Part shown: positions 7,137-16,120 of the stretch, in pieces
Numbering within the stretch: the stretch's first letter is position 1
How the letters are laid out: each line of letters starts with the position of its first letter
IMG/VR virus record: IMGVR_UViG_3300022183_000013
Coordinates: 1-44,893 of that record
From: a virus
Taxonomy: Duplodnaviria > Caudoviricetes
Reading direction: 5' to 3' (one strand)
Length of the DNA stretch: 44,893 nucleotides
The notes under the pieces: generated by a model
What the model was told of the DNA's origin: nothing
Database searches by the model: none
The model's input: the letters and a program-made list of their open reading frames with translations, nothing else
Position numbers and translations under genes: made by a program

Positions 7137-7556
7137 TCACCGTTCTCCCGTCTCTGGTGTCTCGGATAGGGCGGTCATGCTTCGACTTCCCAAAGAAGTT
7201 TTTGCCCGAGAGGGTGCGTATCCACGCGCGGACGAGATTGAACCGACCAACTGCGCCCCGGTGCCCGTCGGCCAGCCCTCTGGTATGGGTGTCTCGGATA
7301 GGGCGGCGTCGATCATGAGACGGTAGGCGACTCTGTGCATAATGCGCTCCCCCTCATGGGCCGGTGCGGCGGCTCCCAACATCGCATCCGTCGGCTCTCG
7401 CATGGCCTTGATCATGGCGCGGGCGTGCGGGACGTAGCTTTGCCAATAATCATCGATTGGCGTGCTTGGCGTGCAATCGGAAACGCAAATCGCCCTCGCC
7501 ACGCGCTCCACCATCTCCGGGGTAGGGGTAGGGGTAGGGGTGCGGCGGGTGGTCAT
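7137..7556 (-). CDS. Phage hypothetical protein
   Basis: EMVERVARAIC...ARAMIKAMREPTDAML...MIDAAL, a common small phage family; ATG 7556 overlaps the upstream stop. Confidence 0.7.
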   Translation of the reverse strand: MTTRRTPTPTPTPEMVERVARAICVSDCTPSTPIDDYWQSYVPHARAMIKAMREPTDAMLGAAAPAHEGERIMHRVAYRLMIDAALSETPIPEGWPTGTGAQLVGSISSARGYAPSRAKTSLGSRSMTALSETPETGER

Positions 7557-7981
7557 CGTAAAAATTCCTCGATTTCGTTCCTGAGAGAGTCCTTGTCGAC
7601 GCCGGGGATAAAGTGCTTGGCAATGACATTCAGACAACTCTCGTAAAACGTCTCGAAAGCCGTCTGACCCATCTTGTGAAACGCTATCGACTTCGGGATG
7701 GCGATCATGGTGTTGCCGTCTTTGCTCGGCATAAGGTCGCAATGCCCGACCGCCGTTTTCATCGCGGCCACCATGTTCTCGACGCTCTCGTAATGTTCTT
7801 GGTTTTCGAAAACGAGGTTCATCAAGGCCCAGAATTTTCGATGGTGTGCCAAGTTCCGGGGGCGCTTGATCTCGACCTTCACCACGTCTCCGAGCTTGAT
7901 CTTGCCGAGGATCGCCGTTGCCGTGTCGCCCTCGGGCCGGAGCACTCCTAGTTCCTTGCGGAAGAATGCCGGTGCCGTCAT
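7553..7981 (-). CDS. DUF1367-family (NinB-like) protein
   Basis: RNLAHHRKFWAL...PKSIAFHKMGQTAFETFY. Confidence 0.8.
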   Translation of the reverse strand: MTAPAFFRKELGVLRPEGDTATAILGKIKLGDVVKVEIKRPRNLAHHRKFWALMNLVFENQEHYESVENMVAAMKTAVGHCDLMPSKDGNTMIAIPKSIAFHKMGQTAFETFYESCLNVIAKHFIPGVDKDSLRNEIEEFLR

Positions 7982-8358
7982 CGGTTCAACTCCATGCGTT
8001 GGCGCGCCTTGAACACCACGGCCTCGCCCTTCGCGATATCGCCGCTCACGGTCCAAAGGCGCAGCGCTACATCAAGCGGGTCTATTCCCGCCTCGCCCCA
8101 GAAAGCCAGTTCGCCGATTTCATGCTGGCGTCGGTGATCCTTGGCGCACGCGGGCACCGAGAACTTGTCATGCGGCTTTAAGCCGGTTCCGCCATCACCA
8201 GACGATCGGACGTGCGCGCATTCAGAACGGGGCGGCGCTCCGCAAATCAAGCACGGGAGCGACCGGATAAAGTCCTTGTGCGCGGCGTTCACCCGGCCCT
8301 TGAGCTTGCGCTTCTCAGGCTTGGCGGGGATTCCGGCTTTGGCGATGCGAGCAGTCAT
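7978..8358 (-). CDS. DUF968-type putative HNH-like nuclease
   Basis: FIRSLPCLICG...AHVR...GLKPHDKFSVPAC..DH..QH. Confidence 0.8.
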   Translation of the reverse strand: MTARIAKAGIPAKPEKRKLKGRVNAAHKDFIRSLPCLICGAPPRSECAHVRSSGDGGTGLKPHDKFSVPACAKDHRRQHEIGELAFWGEAGIDPLDVALRLWTVSGDIAKGEAVVFKARQRMELNR

Positions 8359-8561
8359 GGGGTATGACGCTTGGAAAAGCCCCAATGATTGACCATTTCG
8401 CCAATTTCGGGGTCGGCTTTAAATCCACGTTTTTTAAGAATCCTTTCGCGCGCCTTGGCGGCCTGCCACGATCTGTTAAGGTCATGGAATTCGGGAATCC
8501 AAGATCCGTACATCATGAGGAAGTGGTCTTCCCAGATGGTCCACCTGGCTGCCATCACCAA
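8355..8561 (-). CDS. Hypothetical protein
   Basis: Short ORF translationally coupled between ssb and the DUF968 gene. Confidence 0.55.
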   Translation of the reverse strand: MVMAARWTIWEDHFLMMYGSWIPEFHDLNRSWQAAKARERILKKRGFKADPEIGEMVNHWGFSKRHTP

Positions 8562-9049
8562 ATCCCCCCAGACGTGACGAATGGGATGGAATCGTCGAGG
8601 TCATCTGGCGCGTTCCCATACCCACCGCCGCCGCTTGTCGCGCTGCGGTAGTCGCCAGCCGAGCCGCCTTGGTCCCCGCCGCGCGCTTCACCATCGCCGC
8701 GACCGCCAAGCATGGTCAGCTCGCCCCGGTAACGCTGGAGCACGATTTCCGTGGTGTATTTCTCGGTGCCGGATTGGTCCGTCCATTTGCGGGTCTGTAG
8801 TTGGCCCTCGACATAGACGGTCGAGCCCTTGCGGAGATATTGCTCGGCAACCTTGGCGAGGGCTTCGTTGAAAATTACACAGCGATTCCACTCGACCCTT
8901 TCGCGACGCTCTCCGGTGTTCCGGTCCTTCCACGTCTCGGAAGTGGCGATGGACAGGTTGACGATCTTGCCGCCGTCCTGATTGGTTCTAACCTCGGGGT
9001 CTCGACCGAGATTGCCCACGATGATGACCTTATTGACGCTGCCAGCCAT
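8555..9049 (-). CDS. ssb: Single-stranded DNA-binding protein
   Basis: [21 protein letters not shown]...[11 protein letters not shown]...DLDDSIPF. Confidence 0.97.
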   Translation of the reverse strand: MAGSVNKVIIVGNLGRDPEVRTNQDGGKIVNLSIATSETWKDRNTGERRERVEWNRCVIFNEALAKVAEQYLRKGSTVYVEGQLQTRKWTDQSGTEKYTTEIVLQRYRGELTMLGGRGDGEARGGDQGGSAGDYRSATSGGGGYGNAPDDLDDSIPFVTSGGIW

Positions 9050-9291
9050 TACGCGGCTCCTTCGATTGCGGGCAAGGGCGTGGTCGATTCGATCACCGTC
9101 GCAACCATCTCACGTGCCGTTTCTTGACCCGCCTCGACGACAAGATCGGCGCAAACCTCCAGAATTCGCTGCGCCATGTCTTCGTTGAGATTGAGGCTCA
9201 CGTCCCCGTGAAGGCCCTCGAAATCGACCTTGCATGAGAATTGTCTGGTGTTGCCCCAATGACGATGAATGTGAACGCTTTTGAGTTTCAT
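9049..9291 (-). CDS. Hypothetical protein
   Basis: 80 aa, GGAGG RBS, coupled to ssb. Confidence 0.7.
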   Translation of the reverse strand: MKLKSVHIHRHWGNTRQFSCKVDFEGLHGDVSLNLNEDMAQRILEVCADLVVEAGQETAREMVATVIESTTPLPAIEGAA

Positions 9292-9300
9292 TGTGACCTC

Positions 9301-10083
9301 CTAGGCCGCTTGGGCCGGTTGTTGGGAAAAGAACCCCTTGCGGTTGGCGAAGGCGGTTTTAATGGACGCGAATACATCTTCGTCGTTCGCGCTTAACCAT
9401 CCGTGATAGGCGGCATTCAGAGCCCAGAGTTCGTCCAACCGCTGAATGGTCGGGGCGTAAGCCGCCATGCTCTTGAGCGCGCCCGCCAGCTTTTCGTCGG
9501 GCAGCCCCATTTGGCGCACGTCGAGCTTGTCGGCGGTCCAGTTCTTGTTGGCCCATTCCGCTACGGGGTCGGGCTTGTCAGCGTCGAAGGGCGTGGGCTC
9601 GGTCTTAGTCGTCTCCCCGGCATCACCGCCATTTTCTTTGTCCAAGTCTCTCCGCAGTTGAGAGAGGTATTTGTTGTCGTCATGGAGCCCCATGTGTACG
9701 TCCGCCGACATGCCCAGAAATTTGAGCGCGTTCCCAACCGCATCGGTGAATGCCTTCTTGTAGGCCTCGTCGTCGGCCTTAAGCCCGTACTTGGTTTCCT
9801 TGGCGATCATGTCGCCGCCGACGCCGGGGACCACGTTCTCTCGACTGCCGTGCCAAACCATGACGGTGCAATAGACGGCAGTTTCCTTGCCCGCGTCCCG
9901 GACTTCGAAAACAGGCGCGCCGATGCCCCAGCCTTCGCCGCATGGGCCAAACGTCTCCGTCATCTTCCGGGTAATGTAGACCGGCTTGATGGCCGTTCCC
10001 TCGAACCCGCCGGGGCGTTTGAATTTCTTCGTGTGGGCCGGGTCGGTTTTTGCCAAAGCGTCCCAAATTTGGGTTTTAGACAT
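9301..10083 (-). CDS. Rad52/Sak-like single-strand annealing protein
   Basis: TETFGPCGEGWG...DDEAYKKAFTDAVGNALKFLGMSADVHMG; located upstream of ssb. Confidence 0.7.
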   Translation of the reverse strand: MSKTQIWDALAKTDPAHTKKFKRPGGFEGTAIKPVYITRKMTETFGPCGEGWGIGAPVFEVRDAGKETAVYCTVMVWHGSRENVVPGVGGDMIAKETKYGLKADDEAYKKAFTDAVGNALKFLGMSADVHMGLHDDNKYLSQLRRDLDKENGGDAGETTKTEPTPFDADKPDPVAEWANKNWTADKLDVRQMGLPDEKLAGALKSMAAYAPTIQRLDELWALNAAYHGWLSANDEDVFASIKTAFANRKGFFSQQPAQAA

Positions 10084-10085
10084 TA

Positions 10086-10820
10086 TCAAGCCGCCTTTTT
10101 TTCTGTATGGACGGTCACTCCCGGCACGGGGCGATTAGCCCGCACGTCGGCATCCACGAGGGTTTGAAAAAACGCCACCACCTCGGCGCGGTTGGTCAGC
10201 CAATAGTGCTTGGCAACGGCGGTGGCGTCGGTGATTTCACCGCGATAGAATGTGCGGAGAGTGACCGCCCGGCCTACGCCACCAGAAGCGCCGGCCTTAT
10301 CCTTCGCGGCCCTGGCGACAACCTTCTCGGCTTCCTTGGCGTCGTTGATGCGGCTCTCGGCATCGGCGCGGGCGGCAAGGTTGTCCGGGTCCGCCATGGC
10401 GATGGCTTCCTCGGCTTCTTTCCGCAAGCGCTCGGCTTCTTCACGGGCGGCGGCTTCCTTGGCGCGCTTTTCCTCTTCAAGCTTCTGGAGCCACGGAACG
10501 AGAGCTTTCTTGCACACGTCCGCCGCGCGATCGGCCTTCTCCAGAAGCGGCTTGTATCGCGCCTGGACTTCCTTTTTACCGTCATCGAACGGCTTGGCCT
10601 CGGTCTTGCGCGCGTCGTCGGCTCGCTTCTTCGCGTCGCGGAGCAGGTTCAACAATTCGGACACGCCATCGGCCACGCCTTGATTGTCGATCGGCTCGCC
10701 GTCCAGCCACCCCTCGGCCTCGGTGTAGAGCCCGTCAATAACATTTGTCGCCTTCTCGAACGGTGTCAGCTCCACCGGCCCTTGGTTGTGGCCAATCCCC
10801 GGCGCTTCATCATGCGGCAT
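10086..10820 (-). CDS. Coiled-coil phage protein of the recombination module
   Basis: GIGHN N-terminal motif, long helical region, C-terminal VPGV. Confidence 0.75.
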   Translation of the reverse strand: MPHDEAPGIGHNQGPVELTPFEKATNVIDGLYTEAEGWLDGEPIDNQGVADGVSELLNLLRDAKKRADDARKTEAKPFDDGKKEVQARYKPLLEKADRAADVCKKALVPWLQKLEEEKRAKEAAAREEAERLRKEAEEAIAMADPDNLAARADAESRINDAKEAEKVVARAAKDKAGASGGVGRAVTLRTFYRGEITDATAVAKHYWLTNRAEVVAFFQTLVDADVRANRPVPGVTVHTEKKAA

Positions 10821-11022
10821 GTCTCTCTCCCATATGTGCGAGCGCCATATCCCTGGACGCTCGAATCTGTTCCTCTGTCAGCATCCCCAGCGCGTAAAAG
10901 TGCTGCCACGCGGATACCTGGTTATCGTGTCGCGAGTAGCGTTCGCCGCCTCGCTCCACGGCCCATGCGTGCGGGGCGCGCCCGAACGACTGGATGGGCA
11001 CAACATCGAATTCCATCGTCAT
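10810..11022 (-). CDS. Hypothetical protein
   Basis: GGAGG RBS, overlaps neighbours in the operon, ends in AA. Confidence 0.55.
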   Translation of the reverse strand: MTMEFDVVPIQSFGRAPHAWAVERGGERYSRHDNQVSAWQHFYALGMLTEEQIRASRDMALAHMGERHAA

Positions 11023-11301
11023 CCTCCAATCCAAAGCCCGGCGATCACGCCAAAGCCAAGTCCAAGCGCCGTGACGACCGCCCACAATTTCCAGTCAAAG
11101 ACCGAGCAAGGTGGGGTGACGGTGATAGGCCGCCACCCCTTGAAGAACAGGCCTTGAACAATCCTTTTCTGGTTGGTGGTAGGGGAACTGGTCATCGGGG
11201 AATATCCAATATGCCGAGATACGCGAGGGCCAAGATCACTGAGCAAACGAGAACCCACTGTCCCGCCTCGGGGAGCACATGAAGAAACCGGGTCCAGGGG
11301 C

Positions 11302-11610
11302 TCATCCCGCACCGCCTTCCGCCTTGGTGAGGGCGGCGTTCATGGCATCTATCGTTGCTTGGGTCGGAACATCACCACCTTCCGCGTCAAAAAGGGCGGC
11401 TTTCAATGCCTCCAGCATGTCAGGCGCGGCGGCGATCAGGCGGGCGTTGGCCTCCCATTCGAACTGCTTTTCATTGGAGTTGGGCCAATGAATATCACCG
11501 CACAGCGCGATACCCTTGAATTCGCCCTCCCCCCCCTCAAAGTTTACCGGCTCAACCCAGTAATCGAGATTTGTGGTAACTTTCCAAGGCCCCGGTGTGT
11601 GCTTCGCCAT
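11302..11610 (-). CDS. Phage hypothetical protein
   Basis: MAKHTPGPW...EANARLIAAAPDMLEAL, a widespread phage family. Confidence 0.8.
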   Translation of the reverse strand: MAKHTPGPWKVTTNLDYWVEPVNFEGGEGEFKGIALCGDIHWPNSNEKQFEWEANARLIAAAPDMLEALKAALFDAEGGDVPTQATIDAMNAALTKAEGGAG

Positions 11611-11612
11611 CT

Positions 11613-11813
11613 CTACTCCGCCGCTATCGACATGGCGCGCCGACGCTCGGTAAGCGCGCTCTTGATGCATCGGGCCAAGTCCTCGGCCCCGCTATTCCTG
11701 TTCTCCAAACCGCCCGCGAGATTGCGAAGGAAGGTTGGCGTCACCATGCCGGGGTATTCGGCGCGCTCCGCGTCGGTGACGGGCTTGATGATGTCGAAGA
11801 GGTTCTCGGCCAT
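11613..11813 (-). CDS. Hypothetical protein
   Basis: 66 aa, GGAG RBS, tightly packed in the operon. Confidence 0.6.
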   Translation of the reverse strand: MAENLFDIIKPVTDAERAEYPGMVTPTFLRNLAGGLENRNSGAEDLARCIKSALTERRRAMSIAAE

Positions 11814-11818
11814 ATCGC

Positions 11819-12019
11819 TTACTCCGCCGCTTCCAAGAGGGCGGGGATGTTGCCCAGCGCATGGTCAAGGTCGGCAAGAACGTCTGACAGGCCGCGAGCC
11901 GCGTCGATAAACCCGTCAGCGGCATCCCAAGCGTGCTCGTCGTGAGAAGCCAAAGCCTCAATGCGAAGCGCGTCGACCTTGGCGCGGAAATCCGTCAGTG
12001 CGTTGAATGGGTCGGCCAT
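11819..12019 (-). CDS. Hypothetical protein
   Basis: 66 aa, GAGGGAG RBS. Confidence 0.65.
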   Translation of the reverse strand: MADPFNALTDFRAKVDALRIEALASHDEHAWDAADGFIDAARGLSDVLADLDHALGNIPALLEAAE

Positions 12020-12041
12020 GCTCTATCTCCCTCTTAACCGA

Positions 12042-12716
12042 TTAGGCGGCTTTGTCGGATTGCTCGGAGGCGACTGGCGCGGGCTGTTTTTCGAGCCAAT
12101 CGAGCGCGGACCCGACGGTCGACTTAACGTCCTCGGGGCCGTCGTAATCGTCGGAAAGCCAGTGTTCGCGGGCGTGCTCAACCGGGAAGCACCGGCATCC
12201 CGCATAGACAATCCACTCGCCGTCTTCGGCGCGGGCGATCCACGAATAGCCGCGCGGGTCGCTAACCGGCAGTTTCTTGATTGAATGCTGACCGATCAGG
12301 TCGGCCTCGCTTAGGCCGGCACCGCGCAAATCGGCCTCGCGCAGGTCGGCACCGCGCAAATCGGCGCCGCGCAGGCTGGCGCCGCGCATGTCGGAGCCGC
12401 GCAGGCTGGCATCGATCAGTTCGGCACCGTTCAGGCTGGCGCCGCGCAGGAAAGCACCGTGCAGGTCGGCATCGATCAGACAAGCACCGCGCAGGTCGAC
12501 ACCGTTCAGGTCGACACCGCGCAGACCGGCCTCGCTTAGGTCGACACCGCGCAGGTCGCAACCGCGCAGGTCGCCACCGTTCAGGTCGCCACCGTTGGCG
12601 AGCCCCCACTTAACCGCCAAGCCAATCTTGACCGAGCGAAGCGCATTTTCATCACAATCGATTTCAGCGGTGAATTGGACGTTGCCTGTCCAGCGGTTTT
12701 TGATCTCGAATTTCAC
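12042..12716 (-). CDS. Pentapeptide-repeat protein
   Basis: MKFEIKNRWTG N-terminus, a long run of (A/G)(D/S)L(R/S)G pentapeptides, C-terminal AGCRCF...AREHW domain. Confidence 0.92.
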   Translation of the reverse strand: MKFEIKNRWTGNVQFTAEIDCDENALRSVKIGLAVKWGLANGGDLNGGDLRGCDLRGVDLSEAGLRGVDLNGVDLRGACLIDADLHGAFLRGASLNGAELIDASLRGSDMRGASLRGADLRGADLREADLRGAGLSEADLIGQHSIKKLPVSDPRGYSWIARAEDGEWIVYAGCRCFPVEHAREHWLSDDYDGPEDVKSTVGSALDWLEKQPAPVASEQSDKAA

Positions 12717-12765
12717 AGGGCGTCTCCCTCTTAACCGGGCCGCGTCGTGCGGTGGTCATGGGGAG

Positions 12766-12827
12766 ATAATACGTTGCGTAATGCAACCCGTCAAGATGGG
12801 TAATAAAAAAAAGTGGCATAACGCAAC
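12766..12827 (-). promoter_or_regulatory. PL-like promoter with operators
   Basis: Minus strand TTGACG(12794-12789)-N17-TATTAT(12771-12766); operators GTTGCGTAATGCAAC at 12773-12787 and GTTGCGTTATGCCAC at 12813-12827 (minus). Confidence 0.8.
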
Positions 12828-12828
12828 A

Positions 12829-13104
12829 TTAATGGCTTTCAATGTCCTGGATCGCGGACTCTAAAAGCTGAATGTCCAGCTTCTCGCCGGGGGTTAATGT
12901 TTCTGACATTGCATGCAGCAATCTATGTCGTAAAAGATAAAGTTTTTGAACCGCCAAGCCGTTGTCGCCCGACGACCTAATGATGCCGATGACAAGCTTT
13001 CTATGCTCGGCGAAATCGCTTGGGTTATTTGGGTCTATGCTTTCGAAAGATTCCTGAGTTTTCGCGACCAAATTGTTGTAGCCGGCATTGTTGGTTATCG
13101 ACAT
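12829..13104 (-). CDS. Hypothetical protein downstream of the repressor (lower GC)
   Basis: 91-aa ORF with GGAGG RBS. Confidence 0.6.
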   Translation of the reverse strand: MSITNNAGYNNLVAKTQESFESIDPNNPSDFAEHRKLVIGIIRSSGDNGLAVQKLYLLRHRLLHAMSETLTPGEKLDIQLLESAIQDIESH

Positions 13105-13208
13105 ATCGCCGCCTCCCCCCCCCGTGCATCAGAATATATTTTGGAGCGGCGCGTTCTGCTCGTCAATGTGAATGGCAAAAATTCGCGCCTATAGGTGGCG
13201 AGATTTCT

Positions 13209-13499
13209 CTAATTTATCAGGTGTTTTTCGCAGGCGGCTAAAATTTTATTGGCGATTTCGTTGGGGAGCCCGTGCGGGATGCCGCGATAAATCCAATCCA
13301 GCGTAAATCCGTAACGGTCGCAGAATTTACTAATCCGATCCACCGGAGGGTAGCGGTTTCCATTTTCCCACCCGGTCCACGTCGACCGATCCTGAGAAAT
13401 TAAATCCGCGGCGGCCTGGTGGGAAAGCCCGACCACTTCGCGGCATATTTTTAAGCGCGCCGCAACGTCGTCAATGTTCACTGGTTTAGATGGTGCCAT
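13209..13499 (-). CDS. XRE-family HTH repressor (CI-like, no peptidase domain)
   Basis: RLKICREVVGLSHQAAADLISQDRSTWTGWENG...TLDWIYRG; divergent from the Cro-like gene. Confidence 0.85.
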   Translation of the reverse strand: MAPSKPVNIDDVAARLKICREVVGLSHQAAADLISQDRSTWTGWENGNRYPPVDRISKFCDRYGFTLDWIYRGIPHGLPNEIANKILAACEKHLIN

Positions 13500-13505
13500 G
13501 GCCAC

Positions 13506-13577
13506 AGTATAGAAAAATGGCGCGCTGTTTTGTTGTTGCGTTTTGGATTTGACTAGCTAGTTGCGTTATGCAACAAT
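13506..13577. promoter_or_regulatory. Divergent PRM/PR-like switch with operator
   Basis: Plus strand TTGACT(13549)-N17-AACAAT; operator GTTGCGTTATGCAAC at 13560-13574 and half-site at 13535; minus-strand -10 TATACT at 13506-13511. Confidence 0.7.
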
Positions 13578-13583
13578 CCGAGC

Positions 13584-13817
13584 ATGGAAAAGCAACATCT
13601 CCCATCCGATGCGGATTTAATCGACGCGCTAGGCGGGCCGCTGGCCGTTTCCCGCGCGCTTTCCCGCAACCCCGTGACTGTTCGAGGCTGGAAGGCGCGC
13701 GGCATCCCTCGGGGTGTTGAAACCCGAACCGCTTTTCGCGAGCTTGCCGACATGAAGGGCGTTGTGGTTGACCCGCGTCTTTTCCCCGCCGCCACCCAAG
13801 AGGGGGAAGCGGCGTGA
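13584..13817 (+). CDS. Cro-like HTH protein
   Basis: LIDALGGPLAVSRAL...TVRGWKARGIP. Confidence 0.8.
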   Translation: MEKQHLPSDADLIDALGGPLAVSRALSRNPVTVRGWKARGIPRGVETRTAFRELADMKGVVVDPRLFPAATQEGEAA

Positions 13818-14476
13818 GCAGCAACATGTCCCTTCCATCAAACATAAGCGTCTCCAGCGCGCGGCTCCCCGCTGCGTATGAAGCCGCTAAAACCGCGCTC
13901 GCCAATTGCGCGTCCATCGACGAATGCCAGGAATGGGCAAACAAGGCGGAAGCCCTCGCGTCCTATGCCAAGCAAGCCGATGACGACACGCTCCGCAAGC
14001 ACGCCGACCGGATACAAGCGAGGGCAGTGCGGCGGTGTGGGGAGTTGTTGAAACAGTTCGATGCTCGCCCCAGTAACGCCAGCAAACAAAATGAGGGTGC
14101 CCACACTTTGATTTCGCGTGTGGACGCCGCCCGCGATGCAGGGATGTCTGATCACCAGCGCGTCACCGCTGTCCGCGTCGCCAACGTGCCGGAACCGGAC
14201 TTCGACGCCGCCGTTGAAAGCGAAGCGCCGCCGACCGTGACGAAGCTTGCCGACATGGGCCGGGTGCCGCGTCAGCCAGATCCCGCGCCAGCGCCGCCAG
14301 GGTTTAAGGCGGCAACAAACCTCATCGGAGCCGTCAAACGCTTCGCTGAATTTTGCGAAAAAAACGACGCGATTCATGTCGCGGGCGGCGTCTACGACTA
14401 CGAGCGCGCCGAACTGAAAAAGCATGTCGGGACGATCGACCGTTGGCTCGACCGTTTCGTTATCAATCTGGAGTAG
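13814..14476 (+). CDS. Conserved phage hypothetical protein
   Basis: YEAAKTALANC...DECQEW.NKAEAL..YAKQA...RA.RRCGELL; coupled to the Cro-like gene. Confidence 0.75.
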   Translation: MSSNMSLPSNISVSSARLPAAYEAAKTALANCASIDECQEWANKAEALASYAKQADDDTLRKHADRIQARAVRRCGELLKQFDARPSNASKQNEGAHTLISRVDAARDAGMSDHQRVTAVRVANVPEPDFDAAVESEAPPTVTKLADMGRVPRQPDPAPAPPGFKAATNLIGAVKRFAEFCEKNDAIHVAGGVYDYERAELKKHVGTIDRWLDRFVINLE

Positions 14477-14479
14477 GCA

Positions 14480-14968
14480 ATGCCAAGCTATCAGGAAAAA
14501 CTTGTCGCTGAAATTAACGAACGGCTCGATGGCTTGGTCGTTATTGGTGAAACGTGGCACGCCCGCTGGATCGCGCACGCCATTTGTCAGAACCACGTCG
14601 AGGGGTTGGTTGATGGCGATGACGCTGATTTCTGGCGGCACGCGGGATATCAGACCGTGCGTGAGATGGTGACGAAAACCATCAACCGCCGCGCCGGAGA
14701 CAAGGCGCATATGGGCGCTGTTTCGCGGCAGATAGTTCTTCCCGGTTTTGAGCGGAATCATCTGCAAGATTACTACCTCGTAATCCGCGACGGCGACGAT
14801 GTCGGCTTGCCCGTGACATCTCTGACCGACCAAGAGTTGATGGGGAAGGCCCGTCGTTATCGAACGATGGGGGCCACTTGTTACGAGCACGCGGACGAAA
14901 TCGATCGTTTCCGCCAATGGCGCGAATCTCGGGGGCTCGCCGCAGAGCGAGCGCTGACCCATGCCTGA
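14480..14968 (+). CDS. Phage hypothetical protein
   Basis: 162-aa ORF with GGAG RBS. Confidence 0.7.
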   Translation: MPSYQEKLVAEINERLDGLVVIGETWHARWIAHAICQNHVEGLVDGDDADFWRHAGYQTVREMVTKTINRRAGDKAHMGAVSRQIVLPGFERNHLQDYYLVIRDGDDVGLPVTSLTDQELMGKARRYRTMGATCYEHADEIDRFRQWRESRGLAAERALTHA

Positions 14969-15130
14969 CGGTCGCAACACTCTATCCGAGATAGAGCGTG
15001 AAGCCGCCGCCTTCGTGCGCGCCAAGACGCACGGGAATTCGACAAGCAAAGCGTATCGCCGCCTAGAGAAGGCCGTGCTGAGCGCGAAGATTTTGAACGC
15101 TGACCAGCCTTTGCAAGGGGAGATGAAGTG

Positions 15131-15337
15131 ATGGGCCTCAAAAATTTCGCTGTTTACGGCGCGCGTGAAAGCTATCCCCTTTATTTTGAAACCAAGGATG
15201 AAGCGTTCGCTTCCGCCGAGAACTTGGCAAAGCAAAGCGCCGGTGGTTTCGCGGTGATCTTTCAAGTGATTGCGGAGATTTCCAGCCACCTGACCACCAC
15301 CACCACTTATCCGAACACACCCCAGGCCTTGGACTAA
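15131..15337 (+). CDS. Hypothetical protein
   Basis: Short ORF with GGGGAG RBS. Confidence 0.5.
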   Translation: MGLKNFAVYGARESYPLYFETKDEAFASAENLAKQSAGGFAVIFQVIAEISSHLTTTTTYPNTPQALD

Positions 15338-15510
15338 GGCCCGCGCCGCCATGCCGATACTCACAAACCCTTCGCATTCAATGGCTGGCTGCACCGCCAA
15401 AGCGCCGCTGTTGATAGACGGGGCCGGGTGTTCCTCCCCGCGTCCGGCCCCGTCGTCAGTTCTATCCGTATCCATGCCTGAGTATGTGGAGACAGGGGCG
15501 GGGGTGCGCG

Positions 15511-15957
15511 ATGTTTAAGTGCGGGTTGATTGAACAGGAAACTGTCGCCAAGCGCTTTCAAGACGCTCTGGCGCTATTCGTCGGCAGGAAACGTCGTTTC
15601 TCCAATGAAACGTTGGGGGAGGGGTCCGGGATCAAGCCTCGCACCATCAAGGCTTATTGCGAGGGCGCAAACACCCCCGGCCTGCACTCGTTCCTGAGCC
15701 TCGCCGCCGTCATGCCGGTGGCGTGGACCAATTCCATTCTGTCGCTTGCCGGCCTTCGCGCCGAACCCATTGGCGAAGGCGAGGGCGATGCTCCCACGGT
15801 CATGTGCAGCGTCACGAAATTCGCCGCTCGCCTAGCCGAGATGCTGGCGGACGGGCGGATTGACCACATGGAGCGCGCCGCCTTGCCCGCGATGCTCCGC
15901 TCCCTTGCCGAGCAACTTCTGGCATGGGCCAAGCAACTTGAGGACGAAGGGACCTAA
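15511..15957 (+). CDS. Putative CII-like regulator (HTH)
   Basis: N-terminal HTH-like segment; C-terminal LADGRIDHMER motif seen in phage CII-like proteins. Confidence 0.6.
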   Translation: MFKCGLIEQETVAKRFQDALALFVGRKRRFSNETLGEGSGIKPRTIKAYCEGANTPGLHSFLSLAAVMPVAWTNSILSLAGLRAEPIGEGEGDAPTVMCSVTKFAARLAEMLADGRIDHMERAALPAMLRSLAEQLLAWAKQLEDEGT

Positions 15958-16120
15958 TCCCCGGCGACGCGGGGCGGCTATCCCCATGGCCGAAGCGTCG
16001 CACGTTTCCTCCCTGTAACTCCCCTGGTGGCACGTCGTCACCAGGGGGATTTTCCCCACCCCGAACGTGTGATGGCGTCGGGGTTTCCGGGTGCAAACAC
16101 CATAACAACGGGAGACCGCC

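Noticed and set aside
12290-12600. 15-bp periodic DNA repeats
   Set aside because: Fully explained by the pentapeptide-repeat protein; no spacers
13838-15475. 545-aa minus-strand ORF and similar long antisense ORFs (10107-11282, 25903-26934, 24698-25645)
   Set aside because: Shadow frames opposite well-supported genes in high-GC DNA, with no recognisable motifs
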